A DNA stretch of 64,000 bases, from contig CAVSGG010000009.1 in the NCBI GenBank assembly GCA_963727455.1, positions 224,001-288,000 of the forward strand, written 5' to 3'. Origin of the DNA: Candidatus Krumholzibacteriota bacterium. Lineage in GTDB: Bacteria > Krumholzibacteriota > Krumholzibacteriia > JAJRXK01. The notes below the pieces were generated by a model. It worked only from the letters and a program-made list of their open reading frames with translations, made no database searches and had not been told where the DNA came from. The position numbers were made by a program, and so were the translations under genes. This document shows, piece by piece, positions 1 to 11,988 of the stretch. Position 1 is the stretch's first letter. Each line of letters begins with the position of its first letter.

Positions 1-21
1 GACTCATTTTTAGGAGGAAGT

Positions 22-852
22 TTGATCATGCGACGCACCATCCTCTTTGCGATTCTCGTCGCTCTGCTCGTGCTCTCGGCCGGAATTGCCACCGCTCAAG
101 AGACGCAGACGAAGAACATGGAGGGCTCCACGACGAGCTCTTCCACGGTCACCGCGAGGACGCAGTCCAATCTGAGCTATCGGGGGCAAAGCGAAGATGT
201 CCGTCCTTTCGTGGCCTGGATGAAGGATACGGTGATCGCCCCCGGTGTCGTGGTCGAGCCCTTCTTCGCGCTCAACGACTACAATCATGCCAGCGGCTGG
301 AATTTGGGAGGGCAGGCCGGTTTTCGCGCTGCGCCCGATTTCGAGACCGGGCTGCGCTGGAGTCTGGATCATTTCAGCGTGGACAATGGCGGAGATGAAA
401 CCGGCCTCTCCGATCTGCGCGGCTACGTCCGTTATCGCATCCAGCCGCAGAACCCACAGTTCTCGCTCGGTGCCTGGGTCGACCTCCCCGTGGGTAAGGA
501 AGAGGTCGGGGCCAGCAACTTCAACGTCGATCTCTTCGGAGCCATGCGCTACCACCTCGATTCGGGCTTGGTGGTGCTCGGCAACGCGGGAATCGAGAGC
601 GTGGAAAAGGGCGGCGACAACCGCGACACCGGCATTCACTTCGGCGGCGGGGTGATCTATCCCCTCTCGCAGGATCTCAGCGCGCTGGGCGAGCTGAACT
701 GGGGCAGCGCCAGCGAGTACGGCTTGATCAACGGCGGGCTGGACTACCTGGTCAGCAACAACGGTCACATCCGCGCCTCCCTGGGCTTCGGCTTCGACGA
801 TGGCGCTCCGGATCTGACTCTGCTCTTGGGATTCCTCCTGGGAATTGACTAG
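22..852 (+). CDS. Secreted outer-membrane beta-barrel-like protein
   Basis: Signal peptide (MRRTILFAILVALLVLSAGIATA), then amphipathic beta-strand pattern rich in Gly and aromatics; AGGAGG RBS upstream. Confidence 0.6.
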   Translation: MIMRRTILFAILVALLVLSAGIATAQETQTKNMEGSTTSSSTVTARTQSNLSYRGQSEDVRPFVAWMKDTVIAPGVVVEPFFALNDYNHASGWNLGGQAGFRAAPDFETGLRWSLDHFSVDNGGDETGLSDLRGYVRYRIQPQNPQFSLGAWVDLPVGKEEVGASNFNVDLFGAMRYHLDSGLVVLGNAGIESVEKGGDNRDTGIHFGGGVIYPLSQDLSALGELNWGSASEYGLINGGLDYLVSNNGHIRASLGFGFDDGAPDLTLLLGFLLGID

Positions 853-923
853 TTTCCTCCCGCGAGGGTAAGGCTGCGCGCGAGCAGTCCAAAAGAGCCT
901 GAAGAAATTCGAGGAGAGAGATC

Positions 924-2556
<1,633 letters not shown>

Positions 2557-2694
2557 TCCCTGCCGACGCGAGTACCTGGGTCGGCGCTCAAGGGGGACCC
2601 GTCTCGAAGGTCCGTCCTCGCGTTTCGGCCAAAGCGCCCTATACAATTCACTCTCCGTCTGTCCGTTGTCCGTCACTGTCCCTCCTGGAAGTGT

Positions 2695-4758
2695 TCACGT
2701 TGACGCCATAAGTCTCTCGTCGCGGTAAACCCTGAAGGGGCGCCCGTGCTCATCGAGGCCCATCTCCCAGGTGAGCCCTTTCCCGTCGGTCCCAACTTCG
2801 CCGCGTACGCGCAAAAGCCCCTGGTGCTCGCCGATCTGGTGGTGGAACGCGCAGAGTGTGATGCGGTTGGAGTCGCGATCGTCGCCCCCTCGCGCCCGGT
2901 ACTGCAGGTGATGGACCTGGAGGTTGCGGCGTTGCGTACACTCCGGAGTGGCGCAACGCCAACCATCGCGATCGAGAATGCGCCGTTGGGAAGCCGGGAT
3001 CGACTGGTGATGGTCCGCCCACACCTTGCGTGCGCGATAAAAGAGGCGACACAACGCGAGCCACGCCGGGATCCGTCGCGGCGCGGGAACTTCGGCCTGG
3101 GCTCGCACGCGATCCTGTTCGCTGGCGAGCTGCATCAGGAGCTCGTCGCGGGTCTGAAGACTGAGGCGAAAGCGAGCGGTGCCCCGGGGGGCGTCATTCC
3201 AGGCCAAGAGTGCCTCGTGGAGAGCGGCCCCTTGCGCATGCTCCGGATTTCGCACGAGTACTTCCAAAGAGTGGTTGCCGGTTCGGAGTTGGTCCTCATC
3301 CGGAGGAGCGCAACCGGCCAGAGACCACGCGCGATAGTCGGTGAGGAGCTGTCGGCGCGCCCAGGCCATGGCGGCGCGCAGGCCGCGCACGGTATGGCGA
3401 AGTGCGTAGCGGATCCACTTCCATAGGTCAGAGACGGGAACGTGGCAACGCCGATGCAGGAGCGCCAGGAGGTCGGCCTGCACGGTGGAGAGTTTGCCCC
3501 GGGCGCGGGCGAGGGCGATGGGGTGTTTTCTCCGCCTCTCTCGCGCGCGACGCAGGCGATCGGTGCAGGTCGACTGCGGCAGATCGAGAAGCGCGCGCGC
3601 GAAGCGCTCGAAGTTGGAGTACCCGTAGCGCTCGTGTAGACCGTCGAGCATCCATTCATAGAGCTGATCTTCTTGGCGGAGGCGCAGGCGATTGCGTCGC
3701 GCCAAAAGACGCTGCAAGAGGGCGTGCAGACGGAAGGCGTAGCGACGTTGGGCAATCTCTCCCAGGACGGGAAGGCGCGGATGGGGGAGGGTTCGCGCGG
3801 TGCGTTCCAAACGCGCGGACTGTTCCCGTGAAAGGGGAGTGTGCGTGCGCCCGTCCCGAACCCCGAAACGGCGCCGTGCCCGCGCCGCATCAACGGTTGA
3901 TTCGCCTTCGCCGCCTGCCTCGGCGAGGAGGGCGCTGATGGCTTCTTCGTCGCCCTGGCAGCGTCCCACAATTGCACGGGCGAGCTCGAGGGAGTCCTCG
4001 AGATAGAGGACGGCGGGAGCGGGTGCGGAAAAGGAGATGTTGGTGAACTCGCCGGACTCGTCCCCTCCCGCAGTGCCGGTGGTTGCCGGTTCGGAGTTGG
4101 TCCCCTTCCGTTCTTGTTTGTCTGCGCGGTGGGCGGATGCGCCCGGAGCGTGGTCCTCCCCGCTGCCCTTGGCATCTTGCTCCTTAAACCCATGCCGCGC
4201 GATGAGGTCGAGCGCACGAAGGGAAGTATGCCCTTCGCGAAACTCGGCCCGCAGATGCGGCTGCTGACAGAGCAGGCGACCTACTCGAACCCACTCCAAG
4301 AGGGTCGAGGGGGAAACGCCGAGCAACGCGTTGGCGTAATCACGTTGCGAATGGGCCATCCAGCGCGGCCCCCGCAGCGCGATGAAATAGGCACTGGCCA
4401 GACAGAGGCGGAGTAGGAGCCGCGAGTCGGCGGCGCGATAGGCGGCGAAGGTGTCGCGCAGCTTGTCGCAAGAGACTGCAGTCGCGCGGGAGCCAGAGGA
4501 CGCCGGGGAGCCTAGCTTCGCCGAAGTGCCGGCGGTCGCGCGAGAGCGAGCCACGCCCGACCCAGAGCTTGCGCATAACGAGTGAAAACTCTGTATCTCC
4601 TGCTCGGAGGGCGACGGGAGCAGCCGCGGACTTCGGGGAGAAGACAGCTGATCTCGTAGTTTGTTGCTGCTCGTGGTAGGACACGCCGCTCTCCAGAAAT
4701 TGGGTGGCAAAGGTGGCGGTGCGTAGATGCAATATAGTACAAACAGATGAGTGTGCAA
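2695..4758 (-). CDS. DUF222-like protein with C-terminal HNH endonuclease (true start uncertain)
   Basis: C-terminal RDGWRCATPEC...LQVHHLQYRARGG...NRITLCAFHH HNH signature; helical Arg-rich N-terminal region. Confidence 0.75.
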   Translation of the reverse strand: MHTHLFVLYCIYAPPPLPPNFWRAACPTTSSNKLRDQLSSPRSPRLLPSPSEQEIQSFHSLCASSGSGVARSRATAGTSAKLGSPASSGSRATAVSCDKLRDTFAAYRAADSRLLLRLCLASAYFIALRGPRWMAHSQRDYANALLGVSPSTLLEWVRVGRLLCQQPHLRAEFREGHTSLRALDLIARHGFKEQDAKGSGEDHAPGASAHRADKQERKGTNSEPATTGTAGGDESGEFTNISFSAPAPAVLYLEDSLELARAIVGRCQGDEEAISALLAEAGGEGESTVDAARARRRFGVRDGRTHTPLSREQSARLERTARTLPHPRLPVLGEIAQRRYAFRLHALLQRLLARRNRLRLRQEDQLYEWMLDGLHERYGYSNFERFARALLDLPQSTCTDRLRRARERRRKHPIALARARGKLSTVQADLLALLHRRCHVPVSDLWKWIRYALRHTVRGLRAAMAWARRQLLTDYRAWSLAGCAPPDEDQLRTGNHSLEVLVRNPEHAQGAALHEALLAWNDAPRGTARFRLSLQTRDELLMQLASEQDRVRAQAEVPAPRRIPAWLALCRLFYRARKVWADHHQSIPASQRRILDRDGWRCATPECTQRRNLQVHHLQYRARGGDDRDSNRITLCAFHHQIGEHQGLLRVRGEVGTDGKGLTWEMGLDEHGRPFRVYRDERLMAST

Positions 4759-4959
4759 TGGGCTTCGATGAAGTTTTTCAAGGGGGCGACGGCGCGACTA
4801 TACGATGCCGCCCAGGCTTCCGACGGACGAGTAACGGCGCGAGTTCAACAAACTTGATCGCCGGCCCAAGTCTACGCGAAATCACATGCACCTGAAGAGC
4901 CCGTGCCACCTCGACAAGGGTTGTGTTGCCATGCTCTCTGGCCTCCCCTATCCATGCAG

Positions 4960-5338
4960 GATCCGCCGTCTGTGCGCCCAGATCCCCGCACCGCGCCAGC
5001 ATTTGGTCAGATACTACGGCTGGTACTCGCACCGGGCCCGAGGGGCAAGAGCCAACCCCCAGGACGCGCCGATCGCCAGGGCACCCTCCACTGCGCGCAG
5101 CCGCAGCTGGGCACGCCTGCTGCGCAGGATCTTCGAGCTGGACCCCATGCTCTGCCCGCAGTGCGGGGGAACCATGAAGATCGTGTCGGTGATCGACGAA
5201 GCAGCCGTGGTGGACCGGATTCTCAGACACCTGGCACGGATCGGCGGCAACGACCCGCACGAGGGAACCGCGCAACGAGCTCCGCCAAGAGCATGAACCC
5301 CTACCAGTACCCTGAGCCTCCCGACGAATGCGCAGGGC
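4960..5338 (+). mobile_element. IS91/ISCR-like remnant 1 (transposase C-terminus plus start of the 3' region; ori deleted)
   Basis: Encodes QIPAPRQHLVRYYGWYS...SWARLLRRIFELDPMLCPQCGG; near-identical to 20925-21303. Confidence 0.85.
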
Positions 5339-6875
5339 CACTCCTATGGACTCGAGTCCATGCTTCGCGCGGCTGATCGGCGTTTCGCTGGCTTTCTCCC
5401 CGACGTCTATCGTACACTTGGCGCACGCGACGCACTGCCGTCGTGCGGTTACCGTACTTCCCCCGGTTCCGGAGGTATGGGATGCGATCGCGCCTCCTCC
5501 CTGTCGTATTGGTATTCCTAGCACTCTCACTTGGTTGCGGCGACAGCAGCACGAGCCCCGACACGACCGGCGTCCAAGCGCTGAGGTTCGAGACTTTCCA
5601 ACGCGCGAGTCTGGAATTCGGCCAGCTCGACATGACCTCCGGAGACGCCAACCGGGGCACCGTGACCAACCAGATCGGCCTCAGTTCGCCGAGCGGCGCG
5701 GGTTCCGGGTTGTTTTACCTCCCCGATCCGGGTAACAACCGCGTGCTGGGGTACACCTCATTTCCCACGACCAACGGCGCCGCCGCGGACTTCGTCGTCG
5801 GTCAGACCGGTTTCGGATTCAATCAGTCAGGGACATCGATCCAGCGCTTCCGGCGACCGACGGCCTGCGCGGTGTCCGACGGTAAGCTGTTCGTCACCGA
5901 CTATTTCAACAACCGCGTGTTGATCTGGAACTCGCTCCCCACGGGCCCCGATTCGGCCGACGTCGTGGTCGGGCAGCCCGATTTCACGACAGCAAGCTCC
6001 GGGCTCTCGTCGACGAAACTGGGCGGTCCGATCGATCTCGCGGTCGCGGGAGGAAAGCTGTTCGTGGCCGAGTACGGCAACCACCGGGTCCTGATCTGGA
6101 ACACCATCCCCACGACCAACGGCGCGCCCGCGGACGTCGTCGTAGGCAAGCCCGACTTCACGTCCGGGGGCGCCGGACCCACCGCCTCGATCACGGGCAA
6201 CGTGTCAGCAGTATGGAGCGACGGAAGGCGGCTCGTGGTGACAGACGAATACAATGCCCGCGTCCTGATCTGGAATTCGATTCCAAGCACGAACGGCGCT
6301 CCGGCCGACATCGTGCTGGGAGCGTCCGATTTCGAGAGCGAAGGTTGCTGCCGAGGAGGCTTCGACAACGCATTTGACCACCCGAGCGGACTGGCCTCGG
6401 ACGGCTACAGCCTGTTCGTCGCCGACACCAGCGAGAATCGGGTGATGATCTACACGCCGTTTCCCCGCAAGAACAACGAGGCGGCGAGCCGGATCCTGGG
6501 GCAGGGCGCGTTCCACCGCGCCAGCCGGAACGACGACAACCAGGATGGGGTCGCCGACGCCCAACCGTCCGACCGGACGATGTACCTCCCGACGGGGCTC
6601 AGCATCGTCGGCCGGCGGCTGCTGGTGGCCGATCAGTACAACAATCGGGTCCTGGTCTTCGACAGCAAGTAGCGGTGGTATCTGCGAGGCGGGAAAGCTC
6701 GGCGCGCGAGCGGTCCCGCTGTCTCCTGCGCTGCGCGCACGAGGCGACCCAGCGCCGGCTGCCCGAGAAGTCAGCGCTTGGTATGCTCTGTGTCCAAAAA
6801 CGTCACAGTGGACGAGGTTACCGAAATCTCTGATGGTCCCAGCGTCCCGTAGATGGTGTTCTCCGTCGGACGGAT
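5339..6875 (+). repeat. About 1.54 kb direct duplication of 46580-48118
   Basis: Near-identical sequence covering the upstream region, the NHL gene and the 3' tail of the next minus-strand gene. Confidence 0.95.
5482..6672 (+). CDS. NHL-repeat beta-propeller lipoprotein, copy 1
   Basis: Lipobox LSLGC; repeated LFVxDxxNNRVLIWNxxPTxNGAPADVVVGQPDF units; GGAGG RBS. Confidence 0.85.
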   Translation: MRSRLLPVVLVFLALSLGCGDSSTSPDTTGVQALRFETFQRASLEFGQLDMTSGDANRGTVTNQIGLSSPSGAGSGLFYLPDPGNNRVLGYTSFPTTNGAAADFVVGQTGFGFNQSGTSIQRFRRPTACAVSDGKLFVTDYFNNRVLIWNSLPTGPDSADVVVGQPDFTTASSGLSSTKLGGPIDLAVAGGKLFVAEYGNHRVLIWNTIPTTNGAPADVVVGKPDFTSGGAGPTASITGNVSAVWSDGRRLVVTDEYNARVLIWNSIPSTNGAPADIVLGASDFESEGCCRGGFDNAFDHPSGLASDGYSLFVADTSENRVMIYTPFPRKNNEAASRILGQGAFHRASRNDDNQDGVADAQPSDRTMYLPTGLSIVGRRLLVADQYNNRVLVFDSK

Positions 6876-7002
6876 GACGAATGCGTGATGCAGCTTGGAA
6901 TCGCCAAGGGCCATACTATAGTCTCTCGCGAGGCGTGGAGACTCCCGAGGATCGACCGTTGGAGTGTCGGTTCTCTATTGTCAGGTCGAGGGGAAGGACG
7001 GT

Positions 7003-8229
7003 ATGAAGTACTTCATGGTCGGGATGCTGGCTCTTGATCTTCTGCTGTTCATCACTTTCCCCTGTCGAGCCCAAGTCATCCCGGATGACCCCCTGTACCC
7101 CGAGCAGATCTACTACGCGCACAATGCAGGTCGGACGACGTTGATTCTGGACTCAAGCCGGCCCAAGTCGCGTGAGGTCGAGGTCGATCCGAAGGTGTTG
7201 TTGGACCTGCCATCGGCCTGGCAATACACCACGGGTAGTAGAGCGGTCGTCGTGGCTGTCCTCGATGATGGCTTCTTCTATTGGCACGAGGACATCCAGG
7301 ACAATCTCTGGCAGAACCCGGGCGAGGTCGGGGTGGACAGCTCAGGATATCCAAGACAGACCAACGGCGTGGATGACGACGGCAATGGGCATGTAGACGA
7401 CGTACTCGGATGGGACTTCGCGTTCGAAGATCCCGATCCGGATCCCTATGTTTTCGACGGGATGGACAGGAACCGAGTGCAGCCGTATTCCCACTCGATC
7501 CCGGCGCTTGGGATCATTGGAGCCAAAGGAAACAACCACCGGGGAATCGCCGGCATCAACTGGGACGTGTCACTGATGCTACTGAAGATTGGCGCCCAGG
7601 GGGTCCGATACAAGGCCCCCGATACCGAGCGAGCCGCCAATGCTGCGAGGGCGATTCGCTATGCGGTGGACAATGGAGCCCGAATCATCAACTGGAGTGG
7701 CTACGTTTCCATCGATGATCCAGCGCGGTTGGAGCCTCTGAAGGAATCCATCGATTACGCACGGGATCACAACGTACTGCTCGTCTTGGCGGCCGGCAAT
7801 GACGGGGTGGATGTGGACAGCGACGAGAACTGCTTGTATCCCCAGTGCTTTGACCTCGACAACATGATACGTGTGGCCGAACTGGGTTATGACGGCACAC
7901 TGATCCACTACAAGACCGGAAGTCGTTGGCGTGGTTCGAACTATGGTGTCAAGCGGGTCGAGATCGGAGCGGTCGCCGAAAATCTGACCACGGCGTTCAG
8001 AGACGGAGTAAGTACCTATGCCACTCGGGGGGGAACCTCCAATGCAGCGCCGGTGGTCGCAGGAGTTGCTGCGCTCGTACTCTCGATTCGACCCGATCTG
8101 ACGCCACCGGCTCTGATCCAACTGCTGATGGACACCGCCACCCCGATCGATGCACTCCGAGGCAAGGTCCGGTCGGGCGGTTCCGTCAACGCCTACAAGG
8201 CGGTTCATCGCGCCGTCCATGGTGGATAG
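7003..8229 (+). CDS. Secreted S8 (subtilisin-like) serine peptidase
   Basis: Signal peptide; VAVLDDG, HSIPALGIIGA, LAAGN and GTSNAAPVVAG motifs; NGVDDDGNGHVDDVLGWDF insert. Confidence 0.85.
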   Translation: MKYFMVGMLALDLLLFITFPCRAQVIPDDPLYPEQIYYAHNAGRTTLILDSSRPKSREVEVDPKVLLDLPSAWQYTTGSRAVVVAVLDDGFFYWHEDIQDNLWQNPGEVGVDSSGYPRQTNGVDDDGNGHVDDVLGWDFAFEDPDPDPYVFDGMDRNRVQPYSHSIPALGIIGAKGNNHRGIAGINWDVSLMLLKIGAQGVRYKAPDTERAANAARAIRYAVDNGARIINWSGYVSIDDPARLEPLKESIDYARDHNVLLVLAAGNDGVDVDSDENCLYPQCFDLDNMIRVAELGYDGTLIHYKTGSRWRGSNYGVKRVEIGAVAENLTTAFRDGVSTYATRGGTSNAAPVVAGVAALVLSIRPDLTPPALIQLLMDTATPIDALRGKVRSGGSVNAYKAVHRAVHGG

Positions 8230-8500
8230 ACGCCAACAGTCGGAGTCCTGAACAGCTGAGCATGGCACCGCGTCACCTTCTTGGGAGGAGTGGGGCGTAC
8301 GGCCAGCGCGCAAGCACGCGATTGGCCCTTCAGAACGGACGGAGATGGTGCGGACCGAGCCGCGGGCGGTTCCGTGGCGCGTCCCGTAGTCCAGCTACCC
8401 GGTCTTCCGTTCCCAGGCGACGGCAGGGATGTGGATGGTGGAGGCCGGGGCTCGGATCGAGGGCAGAGAAACGATCTCTGGGGAAAAGTGCATCCGGGCA

Positions 8501-8529
8501 TTGATCTCCGAACCGGTTCGGAGTAAGCT
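8501..8529 (+). promoter_or_regulatory. Sigma70-like promoter with a palindromic BlaI-type operator
   Basis: TTGATC-17bp-TAAGCT with the perfect palindrome CTCCGAACCGGTTCGGAG (8506-8523) filling the spacer. Confidence 0.7.
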
Positions 8530-8558
8530 GTCGGGGGGTTGACTCTAGGAGGGAGACC

Positions 8559-8933
8559 ATGCGGCCACTGCCGTCCGATGGTGAGCTGGCGATCCTGCGG
8601 GTTTTGTGGGCTCGAGGACCGAGCACCGTGGGAGAAGCCCACGATCGGATCCGTCGGAACCACTCGGTGGAATACAACACCGTGGGCAAGCTCTTGCAGA
8701 TCATGACGGAAAAGGGACTGGTGAGGGTGGACGATCGCAAGAGGGCACATGTGTTTTCGGCGGCGGTGAAGGAAGAAGACGTGCAGAACCGTCTTGCGGC
8801 GGACCTAGCGAGGCGCGCTTTCGGAGGCTCGGCCGCACAACTGGCCCTACGAGCCTTGACCGGGGAGCGTTGCACGGGGGCGGAGGCAGCTGAACTACGA
8901 CGCCTACTAGACGAACTAGAGAGGGAGGACTAG
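8559..8933 (+). CDS. BlaI/MecI/CopY family repressor
   Basis: ELAILRVLWARGPSTV...YNTVGKLLQIMTEKGLV...FGGS; adjacent to an M56 gene. Confidence 0.9.
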   Translation: MRPLPSDGELAILRVLWARGPSTVGEAHDRIRRNHSVEYNTVGKLLQIMTEKGLVRVDDRKRAHVFSAAVKEEDVQNRLAADLARRAFGGSAAQLALRALTGERCTGAEAAELRRLLDELERED

Positions 8934-8937
8934 CGGC

Positions 8938-10173
8938 ATGCCCGGGTCGATGGCGCTGGTGACAAACATTCTCGGCTGGGGCGTTCTGCAGCTCGGTTGG
9001 CAGACTGCAGTGGTGGCGGGCTTGGTGTGGGTGCTGCGTCGAGCCGGTAGGAAGGCGCCCCCCCATTGGCGATACAGGATAGCGTGGTTGTCGCTGGTCT
9101 CACTTCCGATCCTCCCGGCGGCTACCGGCGCCGTCCTACTGTCAGGGGACGCCCCCGCGGCGATCCGCACAGGGGGTGTAGCGAGTAGTCCTGTGGTGAG
9201 GTCCGTGATGCCGGTCGCCGACTCCCTCATACAGCGCACGACCAATGTAGTCCCTTGGCTCGGGCTGGCATGGTGGGTGGTGATCGTGGCGGCCTGTGTT
9301 TGCTTTATCGTCGGAGTCTGTTCGGCGCGGCGAGTCGTGCGACGAAGCACGGCGCCGCCAGAAGAGCTCCAAGCCATGTACTTGGAGGTCGCGGCACGCC
9401 TGAATGTTCGGGCGAGACTGCGAGTGTCCGCGGAGGTGCAGGTCCCTACGATTCTCGGGGTTATTCGCCCGACAGTGCTCGTTCCTGAAGGTTTGGTGCA
9501 TGCGCCGCGAAGCGAGCTGTCGCCCTTACTCGCACATGAACTGGCCCACGTCCAGCGGGGTGATCATCGAGACAACGCCCTTCAGTTCCTTGTCCGCGCC
9601 ATCCTGGTCTTCCACCCGTTGACGCGGTGGATCTGTCGTCAGATCGATCTGGACCGCGAGTGTGCGTGTGATGATCTCGCAGCCGTTGCAGTGGAGGACC
9701 GTCGACGCTACGCTGCGTCGCTCGCCAGGCTCGAACTGAGTCTCGGGCGCACGGGAGTAGAATTGGCGCTCGGCGGTGACGGTGCACCTATCGTAGAGCG
9801 AGTTCGTCGTATGGTCGCACCACCCCATCGCCTTGGCGCAGTCGGTTGGGTCCGAATGGCCGCTATCGCGATCCTGGGTGGGACCATTCTAATCTTCGGG
9901 GCGTGCACGGGGGTGGTGACCGGCGCGGAGGCCACGCGCGACGTGATGCATCGGGTCACAGCCATCCACACTGTGCGAGCATCCGACCCTGCCGGTGTGT
10001 TCACCCTGTCGATTCGCCGCGGGCTGGCCGTGGCCGCCACCATCGATGGACGGTCTGTCAGATTCGTCCAGCATCGTGACAGCGTCACGCTAGTTCCTGA
10101 CCCCCGGTTGCTGCCCTTCACTGTTCGGGTAGGGCCAAATGGGGGAATTCACTGGTCCGCCCGAAAACCCTAA
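8938..10173 (+). CDS. BlaR1-like M56 metallopeptidase sensor
   Basis: Transmembrane N-terminus, LAHELAHVQRGD, FHP, RECACDDLA. Confidence 0.9.
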   Translation: MPGSMALVTNILGWGVLQLGWQTAVVAGLVWVLRRAGRKAPPHWRYRIAWLSLVSLPILPAATGAVLLSGDAPAAIRTGGVASSPVVRSVMPVADSLIQRTTNVVPWLGLAWWVVIVAACVCFIVGVCSARRVVRRSTAPPEELQAMYLEVAARLNVRARLRVSAEVQVPTILGVIRPTVLVPEGLVHAPRSELSPLLAHELAHVQRGDHRDNALQFLVRAILVFHPLTRWICRQIDLDRECACDDLAAVAVEDRRRYAASLARLELSLGRTGVELALGGDGAPIVERVRRMVAPPHRLGAVGWVRMAAIAILGGTILIFGACTGVVTGAEATRDVMHRVTAIHTVRASDPAGVFTLSIRRGLAVAATIDGRSVRFVQHRDSVTLVPDPRLLPFTVRVGPNGGIHWSARKP

Positions 10174-10225
10174 CAAGTCGGGAGTGAACCGTGGAATTCC
10201 GTAGCTGGAATCAAGGTGACGCGAT

Positions 10226-10243
10226 CTCCGAATCGCTTCGGAG
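10226..10243. promoter_or_regulatory. Second BlaI-type operator
   Basis: CTCCGAATCGCTTCGGAG has the same 7-bp arms as 8506-8523. Confidence 0.65.
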
Positions 10244-10274
10244 TTCTGGGATGAGCAACCCATGGAGGTCGAAG

Positions 10275-11741
10275 ATGTACAGACAGCATCCAGCCCTCGT
10301 CTCCCTATTGGTCTTGGTGATCACGTTCCCATGCGCCTTTCCACCGGGTGCCGGGGCGGGTGCGACAGCGGAGCCGGTGAAGATGAGCGGGTCTCGAACG
10401 GCGCCGGAGTGGACCCTTCGAGTGCTTCCCATCGACCATCTGGTTCAACTCGCGGGCCGGAGGCCGCTCCTCTGGCCGGACTTCCGGCCGGAGGTTGTGC
10501 CGACGCTCTACAACGTGAGGGGTCACGGCATGGTGTACGCGAACCCGGCCACTCCGTTGCCAGGCGAGTTCGCTCCCGTTCCCGGTTTGGTGGGCGGGTG
10601 GACCGACGAATCACCCTTCGCGTTGCTGGAGGGTCGGCAGTTTGCCATGAGTTCGATTCTTCCGAACGAGTCAGTCGCGAGCAACGCTGGACTCGCGATC
10701 CACGAGATGTTCCATCAGCACGAGGCGAGAGTTCGGTCGGAGGGGAGGATGTTCGGTGGGGCGGAAGATCCTCCCGGAATCCGGCTGTATCCCGCCTTTG
10801 ACGCGGTCAACATGACGCTGCTCGGTCGCGAGGGAGACCTGATCGCGCGGGCGCTGGCCACCACGTCTCTCGCGACGGTCCGCAACCTGGCTCGGGAATT
10901 CCTGGCCGTGCGCGCGACTCGCAGGTCTCGGCTTTCCGAGTCTGTGGTCGTCTATGAGGACATGACGGAGTTGAACGAGGGTTTGGCCGAGTACGTTAGG
11001 CTCCGGGCTCTGCAGCGGTGGGCCTCTGAGGCGCAAGCGCCATGGAACACTCAGGCGGAGCAGGAGCGCAGAAGCTTGTTGGCCCGGCAAGACAAGCTTC
11101 ACCGATTGAGCGCCCCACAGCTTCGACGCGTCTTCTACGTCACCGGTTCTGGTATCGGCTTGCTTCTGGACCGACTTGACCCGGGCTGGGCAGTGCGTTT
11201 GATTCGCGAAAACCGCACGCTGGTAGGGCAATTGAACCATGTGGTCGGCGGCCGAGCCGACACCAGAGTGTCTCCCAGTGCCGATCCTGGGGTGGCTGAG
11301 TATCTCCGGTCGCTGGAGGGCCGACGGGTGGTTGAAGCCGACAGTCTTCTTGGAGGCGAGGGGCTGGTCGTGGAGATCGTGTGGCAGGACGGCTCCGGCT
11401 TCCACGTCTGCGGTCTGGATCCTCTGAACGCCAAACCAGTCGGTGATGGGCGCGTACTGCATCGCTTTCTGCGGCTGTGCCACGACGACGAGCTGGTAGC
11501 GACGATTGGAGAGTCATCCGTGGAGGGCCTCGATGGGCACTTCATCGCTGTGCCTCTAGGGATTGACTCCCCTGACTCGTTTGTGACTGTGGACGGAGTT
11601 CCGCTGAACGAGTGGATCGACGCAGGCGCGCCCCCAGCCAAGAAACTGGCTGTCGATCACGGGGGAGTGCACATCGAGAGTCCAGTGGAACGTGTGACCT
11701 ACGCCGACTCCCACTTGAAAGCCTGGCTACGAGCGCCGTGA
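10275..11741 (+). CDS. Secreted putative gluzincin-like metalloprotease
   Basis: GGAGG RBS, signal peptide, IHEMFHQH and a downstream NEGLAEY motif. Confidence 0.55.
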   Translation: MYRQHPALVSLLVLVITFPCAFPPGAGAGATAEPVKMSGSRTAPEWTLRVLPIDHLVQLAGRRPLLWPDFRPEVVPTLYNVRGHGMVYANPATPLPGEFAPVPGLVGGWTDESPFALLEGRQFAMSSILPNESVASNAGLAIHEMFHQHEARVRSEGRMFGGAEDPPGIRLYPAFDAVNMTLLGREGDLIARALATTSLATVRNLAREFLAVRATRRSRLSESVVVYEDMTELNEGLAEYVRLRALQRWASEAQAPWNTQAEQERRSLLARQDKLHRLSAPQLRRVFYVTGSGIGLLLDRLDPGWAVRLIRENRTLVGQLNHVVGGRADTRVSPSADPGVAEYLRSLEGRRVVEADSLLGGEGLVVEIVWQDGSGFHVCGLDPLNAKPVGDGRVLHRFLRLCHDDELVATIGESSVEGLDGHFIAVPLGIDSPDSFVTVDGVPLNEWIDAGAPPAKKLAVDHGGVHIESPVERVTYADSHLKAWLRAP

Positions 11742-11988
11742 ACGTGGGATGGCTCGCAGTGATGACACGACGACCAGTGCGTGGGCCGCTCGAACACGGC
11801 TGCGAGTGGGCGTGTAGGGAGTGAGAGGGGCTGTTCTCGGGTCATACGGTCCAGTACTTGGTAAGGCGTGTTCCGAGGCATGAATTGGGACCCCTAAGCC
11901 GGTGGGTGTCAGCACGAGACGGGGTCGAGTCGAGTCGTCCAATCAGGGGCGGGTGGGCCACCGTACCCCCCAGCATGGGAGAGAGAGC

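Noticed and set aside
6875-6886. GACGAATGCGT at the right end of the NHL duplication matching the element 3' region
   Set aside because: Only 11 bp, so it could be chance.
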